A stretch of 64,000 nt of DNA from an uncultured Chloroflexia bacterium (lineage in GTDB: Bacteria; Chloroflexota; Dehalococcoidia; DSTF01; JALHUB01), in the NCBI GenBank assembly GCA_963703345.1, contig OY969814.1:896001-960000 (forward strand). Direction: 5' to 3'. The position numbers and the translations under genes are program-made. The notes under the pieces are model-generated. The model was given only the letters and a program-made list of their open reading frames with translations. It did not search any database and was not told the origin of the DNA. Position 1 is the stretch's first letter, and each line of letters begins with the position of its first letter. This document shows, one piece after another, positions 1-11,386 of this stretch.

Positions 1-493
1 GGCGATTATCCTCAACCTCCTGTCGGTCGGCGCGACCTACGGGCTGCTGGTGCTGGTGTTCCAGAAGGGCTGGTTCCTGGAACGAGTCCTGAGCTACAAG
101 GCGACCGGCATCATCGAGTCGTGGTTGCCGCTGTTCCTGTTCACGATTCTGTTCGGGCTGTCGATGGACTACCACATGTTCGTGCTCAGCCGCATAAAGG
201 AGGCGCACGAGCGCGGCGCCAGCAGCGACGAGGCGGTCTCGATCGGCATCAAGGCGACGGCGGGAACGATCACCAGCGCGGCGATAATAATGGTCGCGGT
301 CGCCATGATCTTCGCGTTCACGCGCTTCATCGGGCTCAAGCAGTTCGGCTTCGGGCTGGCGATTGCCATTCTGATCGACGCGACGGTCATCCGCTCCATC
401 CTGCTGCCCGCGAGTATGAAGCTCCTAGGCGACTACAACTGGTACTTGCCGAAGTGGCTGGAGTGGCTTCCCCGCGTCCGCATGGCCGAATAG
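1..493 (+). CDS. MMPL/RND-family membrane transporter, C-terminal part (runs off window start)
   Basis: LFGLSMDYHMFVLSRIKE, ITSAAIIMVAV and DATVIRSILLPASMKLLG..NWYLP are typical MmpL C-terminal TM motifs. Confidence 0.9.
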   Translation, partial: AIILNLLSVGATYGLLVLVFQKGWFLERVLSYKATGIIESWLPLFLFTILFGLSMDYHMFVLSRIKEAHERGASSDEAVSIGIKATAGTITSAAIIMVAVAMIFAFTRFIGLKQFGFGLAIAILIDATVIRSILLPASMKLLGDYNWYLPKWLEWLPRVRMAE

Positions 494-513
494 GTGCGCG
501 GCCCAGCCGGTGG

Positions 514-2085
514 CTAGTCGGCGGCCGCTTCGCCTTCCATCGGCGGTGCCTCCTCTTTCCCCACGTGGGCGTACTCGCGCAGGGGGATGTCCTGCAGCAG
601 CCACGAGACCAGGAACGCCACGAACATCATCGGGACTGCCCAGAGGAAGACCGTATCCAGCGATAGGGAAAAGGCGTGAATGACGCCGGCATGGACCGCC
701 GCCGGCAGAGCCTTGAGCTGCGCGGGACTGGCCGTCAGCATGTCGGGATTGAGCTGCCCGAGCACCTGCGGCGGGACGGTCTGCTTCAGCTCGGAAGTCA
801 GCCGGTTGCTGAGGATGGCGCCGAAGATGGCGACGCCGAAGGCCGACCCCAGCGATCGGAACAGGTTGACGCTGGCGGTCCCCGCGCCCAGGTCCTTGTG
901 CATCACGGCGTTCTGCACGGCCAGGATAGGCACCTGCATCACCATACCGAGGCCGATGCCGAGCACCGCCATGAAGAGCGCGGCATGAAGCGATGAAGTC
1001 GCATCGTTCATCCTCGAGAGCAGGTACATGCCGACGATCATGATCGCGGTGCCGATGATCGGGAACATCCGGTAGCGTCCGATCTTGCTGATGATTCGTC
1101 CGCCTCCCACCGCACCGAGGAGCACCGTCGCCATCAACGGCAGCATCGACAGCCCGGACAGCGTGGCGCTCGTGCCGCGCACGACCTGGAAGTAGATCGG
1201 CAGGTACGATACCGATCCCAGAAAACCGATGCCGACGATGAACGAAAGGGCGGTGGCTACGGCAAAGACCTTGTTCCGGAAAAGCCGTAGCGGCAGCAGG
1301 GGTTCCGACACCCGGGCTTCGTTCAGAAGGAAGAATCCGAGAAGGACGATGCCTACGACTCCGAGGCCGATTATCAACGGCGAGAGCCAGGCGTATTCGA
1401 TGCCCCCCAGGGACGTCAGCAACAGCAGCGCGCTGATACCCGAAACCATCAGCAGCGAGCCCGAGTAGTCGATGCGCTGTTCGAAGCGGCGGACGGGCAT
1501 CCGCAGGACAAAGGACGTCACTATCAGCGCCATTATACCGATGGGAAGGTTCACATAGAACACCCAGCGCCAGGTGAGGTTGTCGGTAAAGAAGCCGCCG
1601 ATGAGCGGGCCGGCGACGGCAGCGACCGCGAATATCGAACCCATGTAGCCCTGGTAGCGACCCCTTTCCCGAGGGGCGATGATATCGCCGACGATCGTCT
1701 GCGACAGGATCATGATGCCGCCGGCGCCGAGGCCCTGGATGCCACGGCAGGCGATTAGCTCTGCCATGTTCTGCGATAGGCCGCATAGCAATGAGCCGAT
1801 GAGAAAGACCACTATCGCCGCCTGGAAGAGGATCTTCCGGCCGTATAGATCGCTCAGCTTGCCATAGAGCGGCATGGAGGCGGTCGAGGTCAGGAGGTAG
1901 GCGGTGATGACCCAGGAAAGGTGCTCCAGCCCGCCCAATTCGCCGACGATGGTGGGCATGGCGGTGGCGACGACCGTCTGGTCGAGGGAAGACACCAGCA
2001 TCCCGGCCATCAGACCGAGGAAGACGATCTGTATCTGTCGGTGCGAAAGCTGCACCGGGGGCCGAAACTCGCCGTTCCCGTTCAT
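514..2085 (-). CDS. MFS drug:H+ antiporter, DHA2 (EmrB/QacA) family
   Basis: LDQTVVATAMPTI, YGKLSDLYGRK, RGIQGLGAGG and WRWVFYVNLPIG motifs; about 14 hydrophobic segments. Confidence 0.93.
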   Translation of the reverse strand: MNGNGEFRPPVQLSHRQIQIVFLGLMAGMLVSSLDQTVVATAMPTIVGELGGLEHLSWVITAYLLTSTASMPLYGKLSDLYGRKILFQAAIVVFLIGSLLCGLSQNMAELIACRGIQGLGAGGIMILSQTIVGDIIAPRERGRYQGYMGSIFAVAAVAGPLIGGFFTDNLTWRWVFYVNLPIGIMALIVTSFVLRMPVRRFEQRIDYSGSLLMVSGISALLLLTSLGGIEYAWLSPLIIGLGVVGIVLLGFFLLNEARVSEPLLPLRLFRNKVFAVATALSFIVGIGFLGSVSYLPIYFQVVRGTSATLSGLSMLPLMATVLLGAVGGGRIISKIGRYRMFPIIGTAIMIVGMYLLSRMNDATSSLHAALFMAVLGIGLGMVMQVPILAVQNAVMHKDLGAGTASVNLFRSLGSAFGVAIFGAILSNRLTSELKQTVPPQVLGQLNPDMLTASPAQLKALPAAVHAGVIHAFSLSLDTVFLWAVPMMFVAFLVSWLLQDIPLREYAHVGKEEAPPMEGEAAAD

Positions 2086-2206
2086 TTGCTGTCTGCCACG
2101 CCTATCGAGAGTCTGCGCCGTCGCACAAAAGTACCATGCGTCGATTCTTCATGGAACAGCTTCTACTTTATGTCGGCCGCGTGATTGAGGCAACACGGTC
2201 GAGCGA

Positions 2207-2235
2207 TTGACCGGGCCTCGCGGCGATGATAACTT
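2207..2235 (+). promoter_or_regulatory. Putative sigma70 promoter for the two-component pair
   Basis: TTGACC-N17-TAACTT with an extended TG, just upstream of the kinase start. Confidence 0.35.
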
Positions 2236-2241
2236 CATAGC

Positions 2242-3936
2242 TTGAAAATGGACAGCATACGAGACGGAAACGTGCCCGCGCTCGACGCCGGAGCGGCGCC
2301 GGAAGGCCAACGCGAGGAGCTGGCGAGGGTCCTGCCGTTTCTCTACGCCGTTCGCTGGGGAGCCTGGGCCATAGCCTGGATCGTCATCTGGGTCGGCCAC
2401 CTGTCGAAGGACAACGGCGCCCACGAGCCCGTTCTCCTCGGCGTCACCTTCGTCCAGATCCTGGCCGCGACGCTCTACGTCCCGCTGCTGCGCTCGCGCG
2501 TGCGAGAGGCCTGGGGCAGGCGCTGGGGCCCCCGCGACGACCTCATCGTCATCGGGCTGGCGGACATCGCGCTGGTGCTGGTCGTCATCTACTTCAGCGG
2601 CGGCTGGAGCAGCCCCTACTACCACTACGCCCTTGCTTCGCTGCTCGTGCCGGCGTTCCTCGTCGGCTGGCGGCGCTCCGCGCTGCTGCTGGTCGGCTTC
2701 CTCGGCGCCTACTTCGCCGTGCTGATGACCGCTGGCAGAGGCCTCGACGGCACGTGGGTCAACGAGAGCATCGCGGCGATAATCCTCACGCCCGCGCTCG
2801 TGGTCGTCGTCGTGCAGTACATGGCGCAACTGGTGCGTCGGCTCGACGAGCGGCGCGAGCAGGCGCAGGCGGCGCTTCGCGAGACGTCGGCGCTCTACAA
2901 AGTCGCGCAGACGGTCGCCGGCGTCGACCAGCCGGAGGCCCTGCTGGAACGCGTCGTCGAAAGCCTGCAAGCGCTGGCGCGATTCCGCGGCCTGGCCGTC
3001 TTCGGCCTGAAGGAAGACGGGCGCCTCTCGCAGGAGGTTGGATTCGGCGAGACGGAGGTCACGCAGTCCTCCCTTTCGCCGGACGAGCGGCAGGCGCTGG
3101 CATCGGCGGAGGGCGTCATACGGCTGGAGGCGCGACAGGGCGCGACGACGGCGCTGGCGGTGCCGCTGCACGTCCAGGAGTGGCTCTGGGGCGTCGTTGT
3201 CTTCAGCAGCCGCGGCGCTGGGCCCGCGGATCTGCGTCTGGTGCAGACGGTCGCCGGCCAGCTTTCGCTTGGGCTTACGAAGATCGCGCTCAGCCGACAG
3301 AAGGAGGAACTGGCGGCCCAGGAGGAGCGAAGCCGCATCGCCAGGGAGATCCACGACGGCATAGCGCAGTCGATCTATATGCTGTCGCTCAACCTGGAGA
3401 AGGCGGCGGAAGTGGCGCGCGACGACGAGCGCTTGGGACAGCGCCTGGGAGGGCTTGTCGGCCTGGCGAAGGAAGCGCTGCTGGAGGTGCGTCACTACAT
3501 CTTCGACCTCAAGCCGCTGCTCGCCGGCGACGCGAGCCTTGCCGGCACAATCCGCGCCCAGATGCGCGAGTTCAGCGCGGTGTCCGGCCTCCCCGTCGAT
3601 CTGCGCCTTGACGGGACGGAGCGGACGGTCTCGCCGGCCGTCGGCAGCGCTCTCTATCGCATCACCCAGGAGGCGCTGGCCAACGTCTTCCGCCACGCCG
3701 GCGCGAAAAGCATCGAGGCGCGGCTGGCGTTCAACGGCGACGGCCTCTTGCTGGAGATAAAGGACGACGGCCGCGGCTTCGGCGTGGCCGGGGACAGCGC
3801 AGCATCGCAAGGACGCGGGCTGCGCAACATCCATCAACGCGCGACGGAAGCCGGGGGCGCGGCGGAGATACTGAGCACGCCGGGCCGGGGCACCACCGTC
3901 AGGGTCAATCTGCCGCTTGGAGGTAGGATGCCATGA
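2242..3936 (+). CDS. Membrane sensor histidine kinase (TM region, GAF, HisKA_3, HATPase)
   Basis: EERSRIAREIHDGIAQ H-box, QEALANVFRHA N-box, IKDDGRGF, GRGLRNI. Confidence 0.92.
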   Translation: MKMDSIRDGNVPALDAGAAPEGQREELARVLPFLYAVRWGAWAIAWIVIWVGHLSKDNGAHEPVLLGVTFVQILAATLYVPLLRSRVREAWGRRWGPRDDLIVIGLADIALVLVVIYFSGGWSSPYYHYALASLLVPAFLVGWRRSALLLVGFLGAYFAVLMTAGRGLDGTWVNESIAAIILTPALVVVVVQYMAQLVRRLDERREQAQAALRETSALYKVAQTVAGVDQPEALLERVVESLQALARFRGLAVFGLKEDGRLSQEVGFGETEVTQSSLSPDERQALASAEGVIRLEARQGATTALAVPLHVQEWLWGVVVFSSRGAGPADLRLVQTVAGQLSLGLTKIALSRQKEELAAQEERSRIAREIHDGIAQSIYMLSLNLEKAAEVARDDERLGQRLGGLVGLAKEALLEVRHYIFDLKPLLAGDASLAGTIRAQMREFSAVSGLPVDLRLDGTERTVSPAVGSALYRITQEALANVFRHAGAKSIEARLAFNGDGLLLEIKDDGRGFGVAGDSAASQGRGLRNIHQRATEAGGAAEILSTPGRGTTVRVNLPLGGRMP

Positions 3937-4610
3937 GCGACATCAATCTGCGTGTGCTTCTCGTCGACGATCACGCCATCGTCCGCAAAGGATTACAGGC
4001 GGTGCTGGCCGACGAAGAGGGGATCGAAGTCGTCGGCGAAGCGGCGAACGCGGGCGAGTCCGTTGACAAGGCGCGGGTGCTGCGGCCGGACGTTGTCCTG
4101 ATGGACATCCGCATGGGCGACGGCGACGACGCCAGCGGCATCGACGCCTGCCGGCGCATCCGCAGCGAGCTCGCGGAGACGCAAGTCATCATGTTCACCT
4201 CGTTTGGTGAGCGCGAGGCCGTCCTGTCGTCCATCGTCGCCGGCGCCACCGGCTTCCTGACCAAGAACGTCAGTCACGCGCGCCTCGTGGAAGCGATTCG
4301 CGCCGCCGGCCGCGGCGAGTCGCTCCTCGACCCCAGCGTCACCCGCGACGTGATCAACTCGCTCGCAAAGCTGAGCAAGACGCCCGCGAAGACCGACGAC
4401 GACCTTTCCCAGCGGGAGAAAGAGGTGCTGTCGCTGATAGCGCAGGGCTACACCAACAAAGAGATAGCGGCCAAGCTGATGGTCAGCCCGTTCACGGCAC
4501 GGAACCACGTGATCCGCATCCTCGACAAGATGGGGCTGTCGCGCCGCTCTGAGGCGGCGGCCGAGGCGGTGAAGCTGGGCATCGTCCCCGCCGAAGAGGA
4601 GGCAGGCTAA
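3933..4610 (+). CDS. NarL/LuxR-family response regulator
   Basis: LLVDDH, DVVLMDIRM receiver; LSQREKEVL..GYTNKEIA HTH; ATGA overlap with the kinase. Confidence 0.95.
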   Translation: MSDINLRVLLVDDHAIVRKGLQAVLADEEGIEVVGEAANAGESVDKARVLRPDVVLMDIRMGDGDDASGIDACRRIRSELAETQVIMFTSFGEREAVLSSIVAGATGFLTKNVSHARLVEAIRAAGRGESLLDPSVTRDVINSLAKLSKTPAKTDDDLSQREKEVLSLIAQGYTNKEIAAKLMVSPFTARNHVIRILDKMGLSRRSEAAAEAVKLGIVPAEEEAG

Positions 4611-4767
4611 TCCTCCCAGGCCATCCGAGGCCGTCGTCGTCCAATCAAACGCCCATCGTCCCCTCATAGCCGAAGCAGTGGTAGAATTATCTTGACAGGC
4701 CCGCCTGTCCGGCGACGAGGCGTCGCTTCGGATGCCAATCCCCATCAGTCTCAGGGAGGAGACGCCG

Positions 4768-6807
4768 TTGACGGAAGACCCCAGCATGGAGCTCAGGCCG
4801 GACGTCACAGTCCGCGCTCACGACGCCGCGAAGCACGGCCATCCCGCCAGCCAGATCGACCAGCTCTGCATCAACACCATCCGCACGCTCGCCATGGACG
4901 CGGTGCAGAAGGCGAACTCCGGCCACCCGGGCACGCCGATGGGACTGGCGCCGCTCGCCTACGTCCTCTGGCGCAAGTATCTGCGATACAATCCGCGCAA
5001 TCCCGCCTGGCCGAACCGCGACCGCTTCGTCCTCTCCGCCGGGCACGCGTCGATGCTGCTGTATTCTCTCCTCTATCTCACGGGCTACGACCTGACGCTC
5101 GACGACATCAAGCAGTTCCGCCAGTGGGACTCGAAGACGCCGGGCCACCCGGAGCGCGGCCGCACGCCGGGCGTGGAAGTGACCACCGGACCGCTGGGAC
5201 AGGGCATATCCAACGCCGTCGGCTTCGCAATTGCGGAGCACATGCTGGCGGAGCGCTTCAACCGCCCGGACGGCGAGATCGTCGACCACTACACCTACGT
5301 CATCGCCAGCGACGGCGACATGATGGAGGGCGTCTCGTCCGAAGTCTGTTCGCTGGCGGGCGGCATGCGCCTGGGCAAGCTCATCGTCTTCTACGACGAC
5401 AACCACATCACCATCGAGGGCTCGACCGACCTGGCGTTCCTGGAGAGCGTTGGCGACCGGTTTCGCGCCTACGGCTGGCACGTCCTGGAGCTCCCCGACG
5501 GCAACGACCTGGAGGCGATTGACAGCGTCATCGCCGAGGCTCGCGCCGAGCGGGAAAGGCCGGTGCTCGTCGTCGTCCGCACACACATCGCCTATGGCTC
5601 GCCGAATAAGCAGGACACGGCGGCGGCGCACGGGGCTCCGTTGGGCGAGGAAGAGGTGCGGCTGACGAAGAAGAACCTCGGCTGGCCGTATGAAGAGCCC
5701 TTCACGGTGCCGGACGAAGTGCTCGCCGTCTTCCGCGAGGCCGTCGAGAAAGGGCTCGTGGCCGAAGAGGCGTGGCGACGGCTGTTCGACGAATACAACG
5801 TCACTCATCCCGAGGAAGCGGCGGAGTTCCAGCGAGTACTCTCGCGCCGCCTTCCCGACGGCTGGGAGAAGGCGCTGCCGTCCTTCAACGAAGGCGAGAA
5901 GATGGCGACGCGCTCGGCTTCCGGCGCCGTGCTCAACGCCCTCGCTCCCCTCATGCCCGAGCTCGTCGGCGGCTCCGCGGATCTTGCGCCTTCCACCGAC
6001 ACGTACCTGAAGGGCTACGCCGACGTCATGAGCGGCAGCTTCTCCGGGCGCAACTTCCACTTCGGTGTGCGGGAGCATGCGATGGCGGCCGTGCTCAACG
6101 GCATGGCGGCCCATAGCGGCTTTCGCGTCTACGGCGGCACCTTCCTCATCTTCTCCGACTACATGCGTCCGGCGATCCGGCTGGCGGCGCTGCAGTCGCT
6201 GCCGGTCGTCTTCGTCTACAGCCACGACTCCATCGGCCTCGGCGAGGACGGACCGACGCATCAGCCGATAGAGCACCTGGCCAGCCTCCGCGCCATACCA
6301 AACCTGCTGCTGCTGCGACCCGCCGACGCCAACGAGACGGTCTCTGCTTGGCGGCTGGCGCTGGAGCGTGACGACGGCCCGACGGCGCTGATCCTGACGC
6401 GTCAGAAGCTGCCGGTGCTCCGGCCCGGCGGCGCCGTGGAGCGTGGCGCCTATGTGATGGAGGACGGCTCGGGTGTCGTGCTCATCGGTACCGGCTCCGA
6501 AGTGTGGCTCTGCCTGGCGGCGCGAAGGTTGCTCGCCGAGGAGGGCATCTCGGCGCGCGTCGTTTCCATGCCTTCGTGGAAGCTCTTCCGGGAGCAGCCG
6601 TCGGCCTACCGCGACGCGGTGCTGCCACCGGGCGTGCCGCGTCTCGCCGTCGAGGCGGCGGCGACGTTCGGCTGGCGCGAGTGGGCGGACGACGTGATAG
6701 GAATCGATCATTTCGGCGAGTCGGCGCCGGGAGAGGTGCTGTTCGAGAAGTTCGGCTTCACGCCGGAGAACGTCGCCGCGCGGGCGAAGAAGCTGGTGCG
6801 ACGATGA
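4768..6807 (+). CDS. tkt: Transketolase
   Basis: [44 protein letters not shown]; TTG start chosen after GGAGGAG SD. Confidence 0.97.
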   Translation: MTEDPSMELRPDVTVRAHDAAKHGHPASQIDQLCINTIRTLAMDAVQKANSGHPGTPMGLAPLAYVLWRKYLRYNPRNPAWPNRDRFVLSAGHASMLLYSLLYLTGYDLTLDDIKQFRQWDSKTPGHPERGRTPGVEVTTGPLGQGISNAVGFAIAEHMLAERFNRPDGEIVDHYTYVIASDGDMMEGVSSEVCSLAGGMRLGKLIVFYDDNHITIEGSTDLAFLESVGDRFRAYGWHVLELPDGNDLEAIDSVIAEARAERERPVLVVVRTHIAYGSPNKQDTAAAHGAPLGEEEVRLTKKNLGWPYEEPFTVPDEVLAVFREAVEKGLVAEEAWRRLFDEYNVTHPEEAAEFQRVLSRRLPDGWEKALPSFNEGEKMATRSASGAVLNALAPLMPELVGGSADLAPSTDTYLKGYADVMSGSFSGRNFHFGVREHAMAAVLNGMAAHSGFRVYGGTFLIFSDYMRPAIRLAALQSLPVVFVYSHDSIGLGEDGPTHQPIEHLASLRAIPNLLLLRPADANETVSAWRLALERDDGPTALILTRQKLPVLRPGGAVERGAYVMEDGSGVVLIGTGSEVWLCLAARRLLAEEGISARVVSMPSWKLFREQPSAYRDAVLPPGVPRLAVEAAATFGWREWADDVIGIDHFGESAPGEVLFEKFGFTPENVAARAKKLVRR

Positions 6808-7253
6808 GAGTCGCCGTTGCTGCCGACCACGGTGGATTCGAGCTGAAGCAGCGTCTGGCCGCGTCCCTGCGCGATTGGGGCCATGACGTGCTGGACCTAG
6901 GCACCGATTCGCTCCAGCCCGTTGACTACCCGGACTTCGCGCTTGCCCTCGGGCGCGCCGTCATTGATGGACGCGCCGAACGCGGCGTCCTCGTCTGCGG
7001 CTCGGGTGCCGGCGCCGCCGTTGCCGCCAATAAGATACGGGGAATCCGCGCCGCCCTCGCCCATGACTGCTACACGGCGCATCAGATGGTGGAGCACGAC
7101 GACGTCAACGTCTGCTGCCTGGGAGCGCGTGTCATCGGGCCGGAGCTTGCCGTCGAGATCGTGCGCACCTTCATAGGCGCCACATTCAGCGGCGAGGAGC
7201 GGCACGTGCGAAGGCTGGCAAAGGTTGCGGCTATGGAGAAGGATAAGCTATGA
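6804..7253 (+). CDS. rpiB: Ribose-5-phosphate isomerase B
   Basis: [39 protein letters not shown]; ATGA overlap with tkt. Confidence 0.95.
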   Translation: MRVAVAADHGGFELKQRLAASLRDWGHDVLDLGTDSLQPVDYPDFALALGRAVIDGRAERGVLVCGSGAGAAVAANKIRGIRAALAHDCYTAHQMVEHDDVNVCCLGARVIGPELAVEIVRTFIGATFSGEERHVRRLAKVAAMEKDKL

Positions 7254-9868
7254 ACCCCCCTCACGCGTTGAGAGAGCTCGGGCAAAGCGTCTGGCTGGAC
7301 TATCTCCGGCGCGGCCTCGTCGAATCGGGCGAGCTCAAGCGTCTCATGGACGAATTCGCTGTTGCCGGCATTACTTCGAACCCCACCATCTTCAACAAGG
7401 CGATCTCCGGCTCCACCGACTACGACCAGGCCTTGCGCGCCCTCGTCGAGAGCGGCGAGCGCGACCCGAAGGCGTTGTTTTGGCGCCTCGCGGTTGACGA
7501 CATCGCGATGGCGGCGGATGTGTTCCGCCCGCTCTTCGACAGCCAGGACGGCGGCGACGGCTTCGTTAGCCTGGAGGCGTCGCCGGGGCTTGCCCACGAC
7601 ACCGCGGGCACCGTCGCCGAGGTCAAGGAGCTATGGCGTCGGCTGGGGCGCCCGAACGTCATGATCAAGGTGCCCGGCACGCCGGAAGGCGTCCCCGCCA
7701 TCGAAGAGCTGACGGCGCTAGGCATCAATATCAACGTCACGCTGCTCTTCAGCGTGACGGCCTACGAGCAGGTCGCGCTGGCCTACGTCAAGGCGCTGGA
7801 GCGGCGGCTGGAAGCAGGGCAGTCGCTGAAGGGCATCAGCAGTGTCGCCTCTTTCTTCGTCTCGCGCGTTGACACCGCGGTGGATGCGCTCCTGCCGAAC
7901 GATTCGCCGCTACGGGGCAAAGTCGCCATCGCCAACGCGAAGACCGCCTACCAGCTCTTCAAGCGTCTCTTCTCCGGCGAGCGCTGGGAGCGGCTGGCGG
8001 CGGCGGGCGCGCGGGTGCAGCGGCCTCTATGGGCCTCCACCGGCACTAAGAATCCCGCCTACTCCGACGTCCTCTACGTCGAAGAGCTCATCGGGCCGGA
8101 CACGGTGAACACGCTGCCCGAAGCGACCCTGCGGGCTTTCGCCGACCACGGGCGCGTCGCCCCGACGCTGGAGAAAGGCGTCGACGAGGCGGAACGCGTC
8201 ATCGCCTCGCTTCCTGCGGCCGGCGTCGACCTCGACGCGGCAACCGCCAAGCTGCTGGACGACGGCGTGGCCGCCTTTACGGGAGACTTTGAGAAGTTGC
8301 TGGAGACGATCGACAAGAAGTGCGGCGCGATCCTGGAAGAGGAGCGGCGGCCGCTGGTCAGCCTCGGTGCGCTGGGGCCCGCCGTCGAGGTGCGGCTGGC
8401 GCAACTGGCACGCGAGGACGTGCCGCGACGCATCTGGGGCAGAGACCACACCGTCTGGAAGCTGGACCCGAAGGAGATCAGTGACCGCCTCGGCTGGCTG
8501 ACTGTCGCGGAGCAGATGACCGACGCCGTGTCGGAACTGACCGCGTTCGGCCGCCGCGTTGCCGACGAGGGTTTCCAGGACGCGGTGCTCATGGGCATGG
8601 GCGGCTCCAGCCTCGCGCCGGAGGTCATTCACGCCACCTTCGGCGCAATGCCCGCATTCCCTCGCCTGCACGTCCTCGACACGACGGACCCGAGCAGTAT
8701 CCTGGCGCTGGAGCGCTCGCTCGACCTCAATCGGACGCTGTTCATCGTCGCCAGCAAGTCCGGCGGCACCGTCGAGACGGCCTGCCAGTGCGCCTATTTC
8801 TATGGCAAAGTGCCGCGCGGCGACCAGTTCGTCGCCATCACCGACGCCGGCTCTTCGCTTGACGATTTCGCGCGGGAGAAGCGCTTCCGACGGGTCTTTC
8901 TCAATCCGACCGACATTGGCGGGCGCTACTCGGCGCTCTCCTACTTCGGCCTAGCGCCGGCGGCGATCGTCGGCGCGCCCATCGGCGAGCTCATCGAACA
9001 GGCGACGGAGATGGCCTGTGCCTGCGCCTCCTACGTCCCGGTCGCGGACAACCCGGGGCTGTGGCTCGGCGCCGTCATGGCGGAGGCGGCGCTGGCAGGT
9101 CGCGACAAGCTGACGCTGGTCCTGCCGCCCGCCATCTCGACATTCGGGACGTGGGTGGAGCAGCTCGTGGCGGAATCGACGGGCAAGGAGGGCAAAGGCA
9201 TTCTGCCCGTGGAAGGCGAGCCGCTGGGGCCGGCCGGCGTCTACGGCGACGACCGCCTCTTCGTCTCGTTGGGCGAGTCAATCGACCTGCGCCCGCTCGC
9301 CACTCTCAAGTTCGACGGCCCAACGCGGCTGGGAGCGGAGTTCTTCCGCTGGGAGTTCGCGACAGCCGTCGCCGGCGCCATCCTCGGTATCAATCCCTTC
9401 GACCAGCCGAACGTCCAGGAGGCGAAAGATGCCACTAATCGCATTCTTTCGGCTTCCGACGACGTACTGCCGGAGGTCACGAACGACGACCTCGCGACGC
9501 TCCTCAGCCATGTCCGGCCCGGCGACTACATCGCAATTACCGCCTTCATCCCGCGCAACGCGGAGAGCGAAGAGGCGCTGCGGAGCGTGCGCGTTCGCCT
9601 GCGCGGTCACTTCAAGGTCGCGACCACGGTCGGCTTCGGGCCGCGCTACCTCCATTCGACGGGCCAGCTCCACAAGGGCGGCCCCAACAAGGGCCTCTTC
9701 ATCCAGGTCGTCTCGCCCGACGCCGAAGACGTGCCTATACCAGGCCGTCCGTACACTTTCGGAAAGCTGAAGGCGGCGCAGGCGCTCGGCGACCTGGAAT
9801 CGCTGCGAGCGCACGGGCGTCGCGCCGGCCGCGTGCCCCTCGATGCGCTGCTTAGCTGGAGGGCATGA
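7250..9868 (+). CDS. tal-pgi: Bifunctional transaldolase / glucose-6-phosphate isomerase
   Basis: N-half GITSNPTIF, MIKVPGT, NVTLLFS, RPLWASTGTK; C-half GMGGSSL, SKSGGTVET, GGRYSALS, EQLVAESTGK, NPFDQPNV. Confidence 0.95.
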   Translation: MNPPHALRELGQSVWLDYLRRGLVESGELKRLMDEFAVAGITSNPTIFNKAISGSTDYDQALRALVESGERDPKALFWRLAVDDIAMAADVFRPLFDSQDGGDGFVSLEASPGLAHDTAGTVAEVKELWRRLGRPNVMIKVPGTPEGVPAIEELTALGININVTLLFSVTAYEQVALAYVKALERRLEAGQSLKGISSVASFFVSRVDTAVDALLPNDSPLRGKVAIANAKTAYQLFKRLFSGERWERLAAAGARVQRPLWASTGTKNPAYSDVLYVEELIGPDTVNTLPEATLRAFADHGRVAPTLEKGVDEAERVIASLPAAGVDLDAATAKLLDDGVAAFTGDFEKLLETIDKKCGAILEEERRPLVSLGALGPAVEVRLAQLAREDVPRRIWGRDHTVWKLDPKEISDRLGWLTVAEQMTDAVSELTAFGRRVADEGFQDAVLMGMGGSSLAPEVIHATFGAMPAFPRLHVLDTTDPSSILALERSLDLNRTLFIVASKSGGTVETACQCAYFYGKVPRGDQFVAITDAGSSLDDFAREKRFRRVFLNPTDIGGRYSALSYFGLAPAAIVGAPIGELIEQATEMACACASYVPVADNPGLWLGAVMAEAALAGRDKLTLVLPPAISTFGTWVEQLVAESTGKEGKGILPVEGEPLGPAGVYGDDRLFVSLGESIDLRPLATLKFDGPTRLGAEFFRWEFATAVAGAILGINPFDQPNVQEAKDATNRILSASDDVLPEVTNDDLATLLSHVRPGDYIAITAFIPRNAESEEALRSVRVRLRGHFKVATTVGFGPRYLHSTGQLHKGGPNKGLFIQVVSPDAEDVPIPGRPYTFGKLKAAQALGDLESLRAHGRRAGRVPLDALLSWRA

Positions 9869-10738
9869 TGCAGATCGGCATGGTCGGTCTTGGCCGCATG
9901 GGCGGCAACATGGCGGAGCGACTGCGTCGCGGCGGCCACGACGTCATCGGCTACGACAACGACCCGGCGAAGTCCCAGGCGGCATCGCTTTCAGAGCTTG
10001 TCGCCAAGCTCCAGGCGCCACGAGCCGTCTGGCTGATGGTTCCGGCCGGCGAAGTGACCGAGCAGAGTATCAAGGAGATCGCCGGCCTCCTTCAACCGGG
10101 CGACTTCAGTCGTCGACGGCGGCAACTCCTACTTCCGCGACAGTATCCGACGCGGCGGCGAGCTGGCGGAGCGCGGTTTTCTCTTCGTCGACGCCGGCGT
10201 CTCCGGCGGCATCTGGGGGCTGGAGATCGGCTACTGCCTCATGGTCGGCGGCAGCGACGAGGCCTTCCAGCGCATCGAGCCCGCGCTGAAGACGCTCGCG
10301 CCTCCAGACGGCTACGCCCGCGTCGGTCCCGTTGGTGCCGGGCATTTCGCTAAGATGGTGCACAACGGCATCGAATACGCGATGCTGGAAGCCTACGCGG
10401 AGGGCTTCGACGTCCTGGCGGCATCGCAGTTCGACTTCGACCTCCACGAACTGGCGCGGCTCTGGAATCAGGGCAGCGTCGTGCGGTCCTGGCTGCTGGA
10501 ACTGGCGGAGCGCGCCTTCGCCGCCGACCCGCGCCTGGCCGACATCCGCGGCTACGTCGAGGACTCCGGCGAAGGGCGTTGGACCGTGCTGGAAGCGATC
10601 GGCGAGAGCGTTCCCGCTCCGGCAATCACGCTGAGCCTGTTCCGTCGTTTCGCCTCGCGGCAGGAGGACTCATTCGCCATGAAAGTCATCGCCGCGCTGC
10701 GCAAGGAGTTCGGCGGCCACGCGGTGAAGACGGAGTAG
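9865..10738 (+). CDS. gnd: 6-phosphogluconate dehydrogenase (short YqeC/GntZ type); one +1 indel near 10105-10108
   Basis: GLGRMGGNM; after the frameshift VVDGGNS, DAGVSGG, KMVHNGIEY, DSGEGRW, FGGHAV. Confidence 0.92.
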
Positions 10739-10759
10739 CGGCTGGCAGAGGCGGCCGCC

Positions 10760-11386
10760 ATGAGACGTGAGCTGGTCGTGACGGACGACATCCCCGAGGC
10801 GGCGGTGCGGCTGTTCCGCGAGGCTAGGCCGCGAACGCTCGTGCTTGCCGGCGGCGAGACGCCTCGACCGACCTATCGGCGCCTCGCGCGGGAAAAGTAC
10901 TGCTGGAATGAGGTGGACGTGTTCTTCGGCGATGAGCGCTGCGTGCCGCCGGACCATCCCGACTCCAATTACCGCATGGCAAACGAAGCGCTTCTTTCCT
11001 CCGTCGCGGCGCGCGTCCACCGCATGCCCGGCGAGAGCTGCGACGCCGAATCGTACGAGCGGGAGTTGCGCGAGATCTTCGGCGACATGCCGCGCTTCGA
11101 CCTTGCTTTCCTGGGACTCGGGCCGGAAGGCCACACCGCGTCGCTCTTCTCGGGAGATCCGGCCCTCGATGAGAAGGAGAGTTGGGTGGTCCGCGTGTCG
11201 CGCCCGGACCATGAGCGCCTGACGCTCACGCCGCCGGTGCTCTCAGCGGTGCGACTGGCTGTCTTCCTGGTCGCCGGCGCGGAAAAGCGCGACGCGTTGC
11301 GACGAATGATGGCCGGCGAAGACATACCGGCGAATCGGGTCGCGGCCGAGCGCGTTATCGTGCTGGCGGACGCCGCGGCGTCGTGA
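10760..11386 (+). CDS. pgl: 6-phosphogluconolactonase
   Basis: LAGGETP, FFGDERCVPPDHPDSNY, LGLGPEGHTASLF. Confidence 0.93.
   Translation: MRRELVVTDDIPEAAVRLFREARPRTLVLAGGETPRPTYRRLAREKYCWNEVDVFFGDERCVPPDHPDSNYRMANEALLSSVAARVHRMPGESCDAESYERELREIFGDMPRFDLAFLGLGPEGHTASLFSGDPALDEKESWVVRVSRPDHERLTLTPPVLSAVRLAVFLVAGAEKRDALRRMMAGEDIPANRVAAERVIVLADAAAS

Noticed and set aside
10100-10110. Programmed frameshift in gnd (also considered for mobA near 39240)
   Set aside because: No slippery heptamer or stimulatory structure is evident; consistent with the indel errors seen in nuo.
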